From an uncultured Myxococcales bacterium (GTDB lineage: Bacteria > Myxococcota_A > Polyangia > Palsa-1104 > JAEUJZ01): a stretch of DNA of 64,000 nucleotides. The stretch lies in NCBI GenBank assembly GCA_964554495.1, contig CAZKOY010000006.1, forward strand, positions 4,796 to 68,795, given 5' to 3'. Positions 28,325-38,119 of the stretch are shown in pieces (the stretch's first letter is position 1; every line of letters starts with the position of its first letter). A program made the translations under genes and the position numbers. The notes beneath the pieces are model-generated. The model worked only from the letters and a program-made list of their open reading frames with translations, was not told where the DNA came from and made no database searches.

Positions 28325-29764
28325 ATGACGGGCCGCATGAAGCGGATGACGCAAGCCCAAGGCATGTACTCGTGGCGGTCTGTCGTGTCCTTCCTGTCGC
28401 TGGGCGCACTGCTGCTTTCCTGCGCGGCGCCGCGCGATCGCGTCAACGACACCGAAGGGGAAGGCAAGCCCGTCGTCGACATGAGCCTGCCACGCGAGGA
28501 TCTGCCGTCGTGTATCGGGCTTGGCTGCTTCGTCGCCAACTGTCCCGTGGGGCAGGACACGACGGTGGTGGGCAAGGTCACGGCCCCAAATGGCGTCGAC
28601 CCGATTCGCGAGGCCTTGGTCTATGTTCCATCGGGCGGATTCCCCGAAGAGTTCCCGCCCAAGGTCGCGTGCGAGACCTGCAACACCCCGATGGGCGGCA
28701 CACCCGTGACAGCAGTGTCGACCGAAGTCGATGGCTCGTTTTCGCTGCGCCGCGTGCCCGTGACGACGTCGACGCCGATCGTGATCCAAAAAGGGCGCTG
28801 GCGAAAGGTCGTCTATCTGAACGTTGGCCGCTGCGAGACGCAGGGCATCACCGCCGAGCAAGGTCGCCTGCCCAAGGATCGCTTCGAAGGCTCGCTGCCC
28901 AGGATGGCGCTGGCTACGGGGCAGTGGGACGCCATCGAGTGCGTGCTGCGCCGCATTGGCATCGCGGAGAGCGAATTCGGCGCACCCTCGACGGCGGGCA
29001 GCGTTCACATCTATGACAACGATGCGAGCGGCACAGCGGTCGCGCCGGGCGGGGTCAACATCGGCACGCTGTTGCGCGATTTCAACCGCCTGCTCGACTA
29101 TCACATTCTGTTTTTGAACTGCTCGGACGTCGCCTATGCACGGTCGCTGCTGTCCGATCCGCTAGTGAAGAAGAACCTAGCCGATTACGTCGCGCGCGGC
29201 GGGCGCATGTACGTCACCGATTACTCGTACAACTTTATCCAGCAGTTACCAGAGTTTGCGCCGTATATCTGCTTTAACGATGACAAGCCATGTACAGATA
29301 CGTCGCCGCATGGCTTCCACACCGCGACGGGTATCGGCAAAGTCGGTACGCAGAACCTATTTTATGCCGATGTCGAGACCACGCATTCGGGGGGTAAAGC
29401 GCTTTCGACTTGGCTGACTTATCTGCCAAACCCAATTCGCGGCGGCAAGGTGCGCATCGAAGACTCGATCGCGAGTTATGTCCTGATTCGCCAGATGGCG
29501 CAGGATCTGAACAAGCATCCGTCGACGGTGTGGCTGACGGCGGATCTGAACAGCCAGCGGCGGCCAGTGACCGTGACCTTTGACTATCCGGCTGGACCTG
29601 CGGCCTGTGGGCGCGTGCTGTTCAGCACCTATCACACGCGCCATCACGCGTCGTCGATGACGACCTTCCCCAACTACTGCCCCGGCGGGCAGATGCTGCC
29701 GCAAGAAAACGTGCTCGAATTCTTGGTCTTCGAGCTAGGCGCCTGCATCCAGCCCCCTGGCTAG
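28325..29764 (+). CDS. Hypothetical lipoprotein (479 aa), Cys-containing, possible CarbopepD_reg-like beta-sandwich near the N-terminus
   Basis: Lipobox 'LGALLLSCA'. 'TTVVGKVTAPNGVDPIREALVYVPSG' resembles carboxypeptidase-regulatory-like domains. No catalytic motif recognised. Confidence 0.45.
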   Translation: MTGRMKRMTQAQGMYSWRSVVSFLSLGALLLSCAAPRDRVNDTEGEGKPVVDMSLPREDLPSCIGLGCFVANCPVGQDTTVVGKVTAPNGVDPIREALVYVPSGGFPEEFPPKVACETCNTPMGGTPVTAVSTEVDGSFSLRRVPVTTSTPIVIQKGRWRKVVYLNVGRCETQGITAEQGRLPKDRFEGSLPRMALATGQWDAIECVLRRIGIAESEFGAPSTAGSVHIYDNDASGTAVAPGGVNIGTLLRDFNRLLDYHILFLNCSDVAYARSLLSDPLVKKNLADYVARGGRMYVTDYSYNFIQQLPEFAPYICFNDDKPCTDTSPHGFHTATGIGKVGTQNLFYADVETTHSGGKALSTWLTYLPNPIRGGKVRIEDSIASYVLIRQMAQDLNKHPSTVWLTADLNSQRRPVTVTFDYPAGPAACGRVLFSTYHTRHHASSMTTFPNYCPGGQMLPQENVLEFLVFELGACIQPPG

Positions 29765-29841
29765 AAGCCAGCTCACGAACCTACTGCGGGCCCAATCCAG
29801 CCGGCTGTGCGTCCTCACGGCCCCGAGGCCGCTCCGGGCGG
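29750..29841 (+). repeat. Roughly 90-nt repeat element, copy A, spanning the stop codon of the 28325..29764 gene
   Basis: 'cccc(t/g)(g/c)GGCTAGAAGC...CTCAC.(G/A)ACCTACTGCGGGCCCAATCC.GCCGGCTGT.CGTCCT.ACGGCCCC..GGCCGCT.CGGG' is shared at about 85% identity with copy B at 51319..51410. It contains the 10-bp palindrome CAGCCGGCTG. Confidence 0.7.
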
Positions 29842-29995
29842 GCATCCGTCCGCCTGGGGCTCTTCGCTACGGTTTGTGGGATGGCTTGTAGTAAGGGCGC
29901 GCTCTAAGCTGTGATGAGTGGAAAGGCATAGATAGACCAATGTGTATCGACCTATCTATGTTGATTTGTATTGATTAATGCCGGTGAGATATTGA

Positions 29996-30853
29996 TTAGT
30001 GCTTCCAGTGGCCTTTGCCACCGAAGTGGCCCCAGCCGCGGCCACCTTTCCAGCCCTTGCCTTTGCCGTGACCGCGGATGATGACCGGGGCGGGAGCGCC
30101 GATGACCACCGTCGGATGCGCTGGAGCGACGACCACCGCCGGAGCCGGCGGAGCGACGACCACCGCCGGGGCCGCGGGCGCGACGACGACGGGCGGAGCC
30201 GCGGGCGCGACCACGACCGGTGGGGCCGGCGCGGCGACCACCGTGGGAGCCGGCGGTGCAACCCACACAACGCCTGGCCACTCCGGCGGCGGCACGACGG
30301 TCACCCTGGGGCGCAGCGCGACAAAAGGTCGGTACTCGACCTCGGTCGCCTGCTCGATCTGCGGCCGCACAGCAGCAACGGGGGGCGGGATGGGCCCGAC
30401 ATAGAACACGACGTCGTCTTTGACCTTGTACCCAGGGCCGTTCGGCTGCGGATAGTCGTGGTAATGCGGGCCTTTTAGGAAGCAGAACGTCGGCGCCGCA
30501 GCGACGGGAATTGGCTCAGAAACAGCGGGAGGCGGCACCGGATGGTGACCATAGAACACGGTCTTTTGCCCCTCGTAACCGAAGGGAACTGGATCGCCCG
30601 TAAAGACGTAGCTATCGCCCACCTGCTGATACAGATTGGGCCGATCCGGGCCGTAGTTGTGACTGTGCGGCACGTCGAGATAGCAGTAGCCCGCGTTGGC
30701 GCGTCCGGCCAGCGGGTGTGGTCCCATGAAGCGCGACTTGCCACGCGCGGCTGGCGGCGCCGCGTGACCCGGCGGAGCAGCCTGCGAGGTGTTGAGGCTC
30801 AGCGAGCCGACCAGCAAGGCGGATGTGAGCAGAATGCCTGGCGTCTTGCGCAT
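29996..30853 (-). CDS. Secreted Pro/Val/Ala-rich tandem-repeat protein with Tyr/His motifs and a Gly/His/Lys/Trp-rich C-terminus
   Basis: Signal peptide 'MRKTPGILLTSALLVGSLSLNTSQA'. Repeated 'YCYLDVPHSHNYGPDRPNLYQ' and 'CFLKGPHYHDYPQPNGPGYKV' modules. (V/A)3-PAAP tandem repeats. Tail 'RGHGKGKGWKGGRGWGHFGGKGHWKH'. GAGAGG Shine-Dalgarno before the ATG at 30853. Confidence 0.5.
   Translation of the reverse strand: MRKTPGILLTSALLVGSLSLNTSQAAPPGHAAPPAARGKSRFMGPHPLAGRANAGYCYLDVPHSHNYGPDRPNLYQQVGDSYVFTGDPVPFGYEGQKTVFYGHHPVPPPAVSEPIPVAAAPTFCFLKGPHYHDYPQPNGPGYKVKDDVVFYVGPIPPPVAAVRPQIEQATEVEYRPFVALRPRVTVVPPPEWPGVVWVAPPAPTVVAAPAPPVVVAPAAPPVVVAPAAPAVVVAPPAPAVVVAPAHPTVVIGAPAPVIIRGHGKGKGWKGGRGWGHFGGKGHWKH
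30100..30265 (-). repeat. Imperfect tandem nucleotide repeats (about 24-30 bp units) encoding the (A/V)PAAP(A/V)VVV repeats
   Basis: 'gaccaccgccggagccggcggagcgac / gaccaccgccggggccgcgggcgcgac / gacgacgggcggagccgcgggcgcgac / cacgaccggtggggccggcgcggcgac' seen directly. Confidence 0.7.
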
Positions 30854-31115
30854 CGTGTTGCCTCTCGGGATGGATTGCCGGGGTCCTGTGGCGGTGCTGC
30901 GTGCGGCGGTTTCCCGTCGGTAGTTACCCATCACTGCATCCAAGCGACGCGGATGCACGCACCCTCGTCCACTTTACCTTTGCCGCTCGCTCGGGCCTAG
31001 CAGAAGTTCAAGTGGCGCGGCAATCCGTCGCGTCATCACGGGCTTGGGCTGAGCCGCGCGTTCGACACCGTGTGCCTGCGATGCCTGCGGACGGCTGTGC
31101 CCTGGGTTTCGTACA

Positions 31116-31819
31116 ATGACGAGGATGCCTCCCATCGTCTTTGCCGAGCGTCGGCTCAAGCGGCTGCTGTGGAGCATGACCGCGACAGTGGCCATGCTGG
31201 GGCTTGTCGCCGAGCTTGCGCATTATCTGCTGCCCTCGCTGCAGACCGTCTTGATTCCGCTGTTTTCGCTGAGCATCGAAGGCAACTTCCCGACCTGGTA
31301 CGCCACCTGTCTGCTTCTGTGCTGTGGCCTGCTGCTGCTGGTGATTGCCGCGTCGGTGCGACAGACCGGCGCAAGCTTCGCGCGGCGCTGGCAGTTCTTG
31401 GGCTGCGTCTTTCTGTTCATGTCGCTCGATGAAGCGATCGAGATCCACGAAAACCTCGGGCGCCTGTTCGACTTGGCCGGCGTGCTGCATGGCGTCTTGT
31501 TCTTTAGCTGGGTCGTGCCGGCGTCGTTTTTCCTTTTGCTGATGGGTCTTTTGTATCTGCCGTTTCTTTTGCGGCTGCCTGCCCCGACGCGGTGGCGCGT
31601 TGTTCTGGCTGGCTCGCTGTACGTCGGCGGCGCGCTCTTGCTTGAGCTACCGCTTGGCGCCTGGACCGCGCGGCACGGCCACGACAACCTGACGTATGCC
31701 CTGATCGACTGGGTCGAAGAGACGCTTGAGCTACTGGGGGCGACGCTGTTTCTGCTCTCGCTGCTCGGCTACCTGCGCGAGACGTTTGGGCCGCTTCAGC
31801 TCAGCGAGGCGAATGCCGC

Positions 31820-31823
<4 letters not shown>
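31116..31823 (+). CDS. Hypothetical polytopic membrane protein (235 aa)
   Basis: About 6 predicted TM helices. Conserved-looking acidic motif '[18 protein letters not shown]'. The stop overlaps the next start (ATGA). Confidence 0.5.
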
Positions 31824-32845
<1,022 letters not shown>

Positions 32846-32901
32846 CAGCGCGTCCATGCGAGCGAGATCCGTCACGATTTGGCGTTTGTTAGTATCCGCG
32901 C

Positions 32902-33777
32902 ATGAACACAGCAGCGGTTTTGCGGACGCGGTCGTTTGCCATGGGCAGGGGATTGCTGGCGTCGATGAAGTGGCTGACATGGGGAGCCTCGCTTGGGCTT
33001 TTTGCATCGGCGTGGGCACAGGGCACGCCGTCGCCGCGCAGCGATGCCAAGCGCACCACGCTGAAGACCGCTATGCGTGCAGCCACACGCGATGCAGTCG
33101 CTCGACAGCCGGCACAGACCGCCCCCGCGGGAAGCCACGAGGCATCGGCAGGCTCTGCTGCGACGGCGGCACCTGAGCCGCGAGCCGGTGAGCTAGACGC
33201 CGACACGCTGGCTGAGCTGCGCGAGTGCCAGACGACGATCGCACCCGGCCAGCCCGTCGTGGCGGACACCGGCAGCCGCCCGGCGCTGGTCGTCGGGCGC
33301 CGTCGCGTATTTGATCGCGTTCGCGGGTATATGTGCATTCCGTCGTATGCCATTAGCAAAAAGCCCGTGACGCAAGCGCAGTACGAATCAGTCGTCGGTG
33401 TGCGGCCACACGGCGCGGACTTTTCGCCCGATCGTCCGGTGTTTGTTTCGTTTATCCAAGCGGCGCACTATTGCAATACCGTATCTTTGAAAGAAAAGCG
33501 GACGCCCTGTTATGAAGTACGCATCGACAAGAACGGCAAAAAGACCGTGGCGTGGCCGAATCGCAACGCCTGCAGCGGCTATCGCCTGCCCGCCATCGAG
33601 GAAGCGGCGGCGTACGAGCGCGGCACGGACAGCGAGTGGACCTGGGCCGGCAGCACGCTGCAGTTGTGGCAGCAGCTAGACGCGCGCAGCGACGCGCCCC
33701 GCGGCTTCTATCTAGCCCGCAACGCCGACCCGTCTGCGACCAACCCAGCCAGTTCCAAGCACCACAGCAGGCGCTAA
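32902..33777 (+). CDS. Formylglycine-generating-enzyme (SUMF1/FGE-sulfatase, DUF323) family protein, secreted
   Basis: 'GYMCIPSYAISKKPVTQAQYESVVG' and 'ACSGYRLPAIEEAAAYERGTDSEWTW' resemble the FGE-sulfatase-domain signature blocks (GYRLP[TS]E[AE]EWE[YF]A). N-terminal signal. Confidence 0.5.
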   Translation: MNTAAVLRTRSFAMGRGLLASMKWLTWGASLGLFASAWAQGTPSPRSDAKRTTLKTAMRAATRDAVARQPAQTAPAGSHEASAGSAATAAPEPRAGELDADTLAELRECQTTIAPGQPVVADTGSRPALVVGRRRVFDRVRGYMCIPSYAISKKPVTQAQYESVVGVRPHGADFSPDRPVFVSFIQAAHYCNTVSLKEKRTPCYEVRIDKNGKKTVAWPNRNACSGYRLPAIEEAAAYERGTDSEWTWAGSTLQLWQQLDARSDAPRGFYLARNADPSATNPASSKHHSRR

Positions 33778-33841
33778 GTCTTGAATGCTAATTTGATGTT
33801 TAGTTGTTTTGACGAATTTTAATATAAGAAATCGCGAAATT

Positions 33842-35203
33842 TTAATGACCTTTAACCCGCGGGCCCAGCAGGGCTTCGACTCGGCTCAGCATTTGATCGC
33901 GCAGCGCCTGGGTCTTGGCTTCCAGATTTAGCCGCAGGACAGGCTCGGTATTGCTGGGCCGGACGTTGCACCACCAGTCGCTGTAGCGCAGCGTGACGCC
34001 ATCTAGCTCGGCGGCTTCGGCATCGGCGAAGGTCTGCTTCAGCGTGGCGATGCAGCGGTCTTTGTCGGCCACCGAAAAGTTCAGCTCGCCCGTCGCAAAA
34101 TAGCGATTGTACGGCGCAAGGACCTGCGACACTGGCTGGCCGCGTCGGCTGAGCAGCGACAGCACGTGCAGCATCGCAAGCTCGGCGTTGTCGGTGAAGA
34201 AGGCGTCACGGAAATAAAAGTGCCCCGATAGCTCGCCGGCAAACACCGCGTTGGTCTTGCGCATGGCCTGCTTGATGAAGCTGTGGCCGACGCGGCTTTC
34301 AAGCGGAGTGCCGCCTTGGCGCAGGATCTCGTCGCGAACGATCCAGCTACTGCGCAGGTCATAGATGATTGTGCTGCCCGGATCGCGCCCCAGGAATTCG
34401 CCCGCGAGAAGCGCCGTGATGCGATCGCTGGCGACGATCTCGCCCTGCTCGTCGACGAACATCACGCGATCGCCATCGCCGTCGAAGGCGATGCCCAGAT
34501 CAGCGTGGTGCGCGTGTACCGCGGCCTGCAGATCGCGCATGTTGCTTGGGTCAAGCGGGTTCGGCTCGTGGTTGGGGAAGCGGCCGTCGGGCTCGAAGAA
34601 AAGCGGCACGACGCGGCAGGGCAGGGCGGCAAGCAGCGACGGCAGTAGCTCACCCATCATGCCGTTGCCGGTGTCGATGGCCAGCGTGAAAGAGCGCAGG
34701 TCTTTTTCATGGCCAGAAAGGCCCGTCACATGGAACAGCCAGCGCTGATAGTCGGCGACGATGTTCTTTCGCGTGACCACACCGGGTGTGGCGGCGCGCG
34801 GCAGGGGCTGCGTTCCTGTCGCCCAGCGCTCGATGTCGGCGATGCCCGTGTCATAGCTGACGGGACGGGCACCGGGGCCGCTGATCTTGCAGCCGTTGTA
34901 GCGCGCGGGGTTGTGGCTAGCGGTGATCATGATGCCGCCGTCTGCTGAAAAGGCGTTCACCGCCCAGTAGCACATCGGCGTCGAGCAGCGCCCTATGTCG
35001 ATGACCTCGCAGCCAGCGGCCGAGACGGCATCGATCATCGCATCGCGCAGCGTCTCGCCGGATTCGCGCATGTCGCGGCCGATGACCAAGCGCTTGGCTT
35101 TGAGGACTTCAACCGTCGCTGCCGCGATGCGTGCGGCCAGCGGGGCTGCAAGCTGATCAGGATAGGTGCCGCGAATGTCGTACGCCTTGAAGATGCCAGC
35201 CAT
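33842..35203 (-). CDS. Phosphomannomutase/phosphoglucomutase (alpha-D-phosphohexomutase superfamily)
   Basis: Active-site phosphoserine loop 'ITASHNPARYNGCKI'. Metal loop 'FDGDGDRVMFVDE'. N-terminus 'MAGIFKAYDIRGTYPDQL'. Confidence 0.85.
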   Translation of the reverse strand: MAGIFKAYDIRGTYPDQLAAPLAARIAAATVEVLKAKRLVIGRDMRESGETLRDAMIDAVSAAGCEVIDIGRCSTPMCYWAVNAFSADGGIMITASHNPARYNGCKISGPGARPVSYDTGIADIERWATGTQPLPRAATPGVVTRKNIVADYQRWLFHVTGLSGHEKDLRSFTLAIDTGNGMMGELLPSLLAALPCRVVPLFFEPDGRFPNHEPNPLDPSNMRDLQAAVHAHHADLGIAFDGDGDRVMFVDEQGEIVASDRITALLAGEFLGRDPGSTIIYDLRSSWIVRDEILRQGGTPLESRVGHSFIKQAMRKTNAVFAGELSGHFYFRDAFFTDNAELAMLHVLSLLSRRGQPVSQVLAPYNRYFATGELNFSVADKDRCIATLKQTFADAEAAELDGVTLRYSDWWCNVRPSNTEPVLRLNLEAKTQALRDQMLSRVEALLGPRVKGH

Positions 35204-35291
35204 GAAAGTCCGTCGACCAGGCGCGCTGGTCAGATGCTGCGAGGTGGTCTGTGGGAAACGGAAGAAACAGGAAGGAACGGCGCTGCGTCGG

Positions 35292-36245
35292 CTACTTGGC
35301 GGGCGGAGCCGGCTGCTTGTTCTTCTGATATTCCTTCATGATGCGCTCTTGAATGCGCTTCTGCTCGACGCTGGGCAGGGCGCGCTTGCCGACCACTTCA
35401 TCGATGACGCCCTCGTTGGGATCGCTCGTGCTGTCGCCTTGCGTGATGGAGTCGACGACGTGGACGTTTGTGCGACGCACGCGCGGCGGGCTGTTGGTGG
35501 CGCGCTCTTTTTCGATCGTTTCCATCGACGATTTCTGCAAGAGCGCCAAGCAGAAGTTGCCGTAAAAGCCGGTCTGATCGATGGCGCGCAGCACATAGTC
35601 GCTCTGCGACGGCCACTGATAGTAATCAAGCGCCATCTCGTCGTCGGTCTGCTTCTTGGCGAAGCTCATCTCGGCCTTGCCATAGCGAATCTGCATGCCC
35701 TCGATGAACTCTTCAAACGACTTCCCGGCGAAGCGCTCCGAGTTGTAGGCGATGAACTGCTTGTACAGCTTCTCTTTCCAAAAGAAGAGGAAGCGGCGCT
35801 GGTCCTTTTCCCACATGACCAGCATCGACTCGCTGTTGCGATGACCGAACTCGCGGTCGACGATCGACACGTCCCAGCCGGTCTTCTGACCGTTGAAGCG
35901 AATGTACGAGTTGCGCATCTGCTCGACGGCTTCACGCATCTCGCGCCGGACCGCGTCCTGCTTCTCAGCCTCTTTTTCGTTTTCGATCTTGGGCTGGAAC
36001 TTGGCGCGGATCTCCGTCTCGATAAGGCCCATGGCTTCCTCTGGGCTCATCCCCCACTTGAACTTTCCGCCTAGCTCGACATAGGAGCGCGAGTTGCCCG
36101 AGGACTCCTTTGGCGCCGCCGCCGGCTTTGCGGCTCCCTTCTTTTGCGCCGTGGCGAAGCCTGCTCCCAAGATCAGCGCGGCGCTCGCAGAGACCGTCAC
36201 CAGGTGGCGGGCCAGGGGCTGAAATAGACGATTGCGCGTAAACAT
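35292..36245 (-). CDS. Hypothetical secreted protein (317 aa), Lys/Glu-rich
   Basis: Signal peptide 'LVTVSASAALILGAGFATAQ'. No recognised motif. Confidence 0.5.
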   Translation of the reverse strand: MFTRNRLFQPLARHLVTVSASAALILGAGFATAQKKGAAKPAAAPKESSGNSRSYVELGGKFKWGMSPEEAMGLIETEIRAKFQPKIENEKEAEKQDAVRREMREAVEQMRNSYIRFNGQKTGWDVSIVDREFGHRNSESMLVMWEKDQRRFLFFWKEKLYKQFIAYNSERFAGKSFEEFIEGMQIRYGKAEMSFAKKQTDDEMALDYYQWPSQSDYVLRAIDQTGFYGNFCLALLQKSSMETIEKERATNSPPRVRRTNVHVVDSITQGDSTSDPNEGVIDEVVGKRALPSVEQKRIQERIMKEYQKNKQPAPPAK

Positions 36246-36509
36246 CGTGGTTCGCTCTCCTAATTGACCATGCCGAACAGGCGGACTGGACGGGCTTGCC
36301 GCACAGGTCCGCTCACGTTTGAACTATCACAGACGAGACCTCGCCGCCACAGCGTCCTTTGTTCGGCCAATCTCTCGACGCAGAGTGGTGCGCGCGGCGC
36401 CAGTGGACCGCTGGTTTCTTGTGTCTGCATGTCAAAGACGCAGTGCAAAGAACGAACATTCTCAAGGTCCGATCCGGGTAAAATTGACACCTCATCGCGC
36501 GTTCCCAAA

Positions 36510-37298
36510 ATGGTGTCTCTCATGAAGTGGCTGTGGCTTCCGTCGACGTTTTGCGTGCTGCTGATGTTTGGTGGCTGCAAGCCGAACTATCCGAACTGCA
36601 ATGGCGACAAGGACTGCCCCGGCTTTGCCGCCGGAAAAGAGTTCTGTGTCGACAACAAGTGCCAGCAGTGCCGCCCCGACCACGACGACTGTGGCGCCGG
36701 CAAGAGCTGCAGCAGTGGCCGCTGCGAGGCCATCCCAGGGTACTGCGCCCGCAATGCCGACTGTCCGAGCGGCCTGTGCGAAAAGAATCGCTGCGCCGCT
36801 TGTACCCTCGACAAGCACTGCCCAGGGGGCACGGTGTGCAGCGCTGGGAAGTGCCAGACCGACAGGCGCAAGCCGTGCAAGGTCAACGACGAGTGCGCCG
36901 AGACGGAAGACTGCGTCAATGGCCGCTGTACTCCCGTCGGGGGCAACCGCTATGCGGCGCAGGGCCCCGGATCCTGCTCGCTTGAGACGGTGCGCTTTGG
37001 CTACAACGAATTTGAGCTGAATCCGCAGAGCACCGCCGTCGTCGATCGCAACGCCGACTGCGTCAAGAAGAACAACGGCCGACCCGTGCGCTTGATCGGC
37101 CGTACCGATCCGCGTGGCACGCCGGAATACAACCTGGCCTTGTCTGACAAGCGGGCTCAGGCGGTGAAGCGGCGCATGGTGGCCTTGGGTCTTTCCGATG
37201 ACAAAGTGGTCCCCATCCCGCGCGGCGAGACCGAGGCCATCGGCACCGACGAAGGAAGCTGGGAACAAGATCGCCGCGTCGATACGGAGTGGCGATGA
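36510..37298 (+). CDS. OmpA/Pal-family peptidoglycan-associated lipoprotein with N-terminal Myxococcus-type Cys-rich repeats
   Basis: Lipobox 'VLLMFGGC'. About 7 repeats of C-x(3-6)-C-x(3-5)-C ('CPGFAAGKEFCVDNKCQQC', 'CPSGLCEKNRCAAC', 'CPGGTVCSAGKCQ'). C-terminal OmpA-like block 'RLIGRTDPRGTPEYNLALSDKRAQAVKRRMVALGLSDDKV'. Confidence 0.7.
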   Translation: MVSLMKWLWLPSTFCVLLMFGGCKPNYPNCNGDKDCPGFAAGKEFCVDNKCQQCRPDHDDCGAGKSCSSGRCEAIPGYCARNADCPSGLCEKNRCAACTLDKHCPGGTVCSAGKCQTDRRKPCKVNDECAETEDCVNGRCTPVGGNRYAAQGPGSCSLETVRFGYNEFELNPQSTAVVDRNADCVKKNNGRPVRLIGRTDPRGTPEYNLALSDKRAQAVKRRMVALGLSDDKVVPIPRGETEAIGTDEGSWEQDRRVDTEWR

Positions 37299-38119
37299 AG
37301 ATGCGTGCCGTTTGTTCTGCCGTGGCCTGGGTGAGCCTGTCGCTGAGCCTGCTTCCCGCCTGTTCCTATGTGACGCAGGAAGAAGGCCAGCGCATGCAGC
37401 AGCAGATCACGCAGCTTCAGATGCTGTCGCAGCAGTCGAGCCAGCAGGTGGCGGAAAAGCTGCAGCGGCAGAGCGAAGAGCTGAACCGGCTCCTCGACGA
37501 AGCGCGGCGGCTGACATCGAGCCTGGCCGACTCGGCGCAGAAGACCAACCAGCTCACCGCGGATCAGCTGGTGCTGCAGGGCAAGATCGAAGAGCTACAG
37601 CGCAGCGTCGATGCGCTGCAGAAGCAGTTCAACGACTATCGCGCCGCGTCGGACACCAAGCTGGAACAGCTCGGCAACACCGTCGCGACCGTCAAGAACC
37701 CGCCTCTGCCCGAGACGCCAGATGCCCTGTTTGCCGAGGCGCAGAAGAAGCTAGATGCACGCCAGTACAACGATGCGCGGCGCATGTATGACGCCTTCAT
37801 CAACCGCTTCCCGACGGATGCCCGAGCTGCCAAGGCGCAGGTAGCCATCGGCGACTCGTACTTCCAAGAAACCAAGTACGCCAACGCCATCATCGCGTTT
37901 CGCAAGGTCATCGATCAGCATCCGAAGTCGGAAGAGGTCGAATCGGCGATGTTCAAGGCGGGTCAGGCGCTGTTTCTGATCAAGCGCTGCAGCGAAGCCA
38001 AGATCTATTTCCAAGAGCTCTTGCGCGTGTATCCCAAGACGCGCTTGAAGAATGACGCCAACGAGCAGATCAAGGAAATTGGTCGCCAGAGCAAGAACCG
38101 AGCGGCGTGTGAGTCCTAG
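37289..38119 (+). CDS. cpoB: Tol-Pal system protein YbgF/CpoB-like (N-terminal coiled coil plus C-terminal TPR)
   Basis: Signal plus 'LLPACS'. Gln-rich coiled coil 'QQQITQLQMLSQQSSQQ'. TPR block 'YDAFINRFPTDARAAKAQVAIGDSYFQETKYANAIIAFRKVIDQHPKSEEVESAMFKAGQALF'. Overlaps the Pal-like gene's stop. Confidence 0.55.
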   Translation: MAMKMRAVCSAVAWVSLSLSLLPACSYVTQEEGQRMQQQITQLQMLSQQSSQQVAEKLQRQSEELNRLLDEARRLTSSLADSAQKTNQLTADQLVLQGKIEELQRSVDALQKQFNDYRAASDTKLEQLGNTVATVKNPPLPETPDALFAEAQKKLDARQYNDARRMYDAFINRFPTDARAAKAQVAIGDSYFQETKYANAIIAFRKVIDQHPKSEEVESAMFKAGQALFLIKRCSEAKIYFQELLRVYPKTRLKNDANEQIKEIGRQSKNRAACES

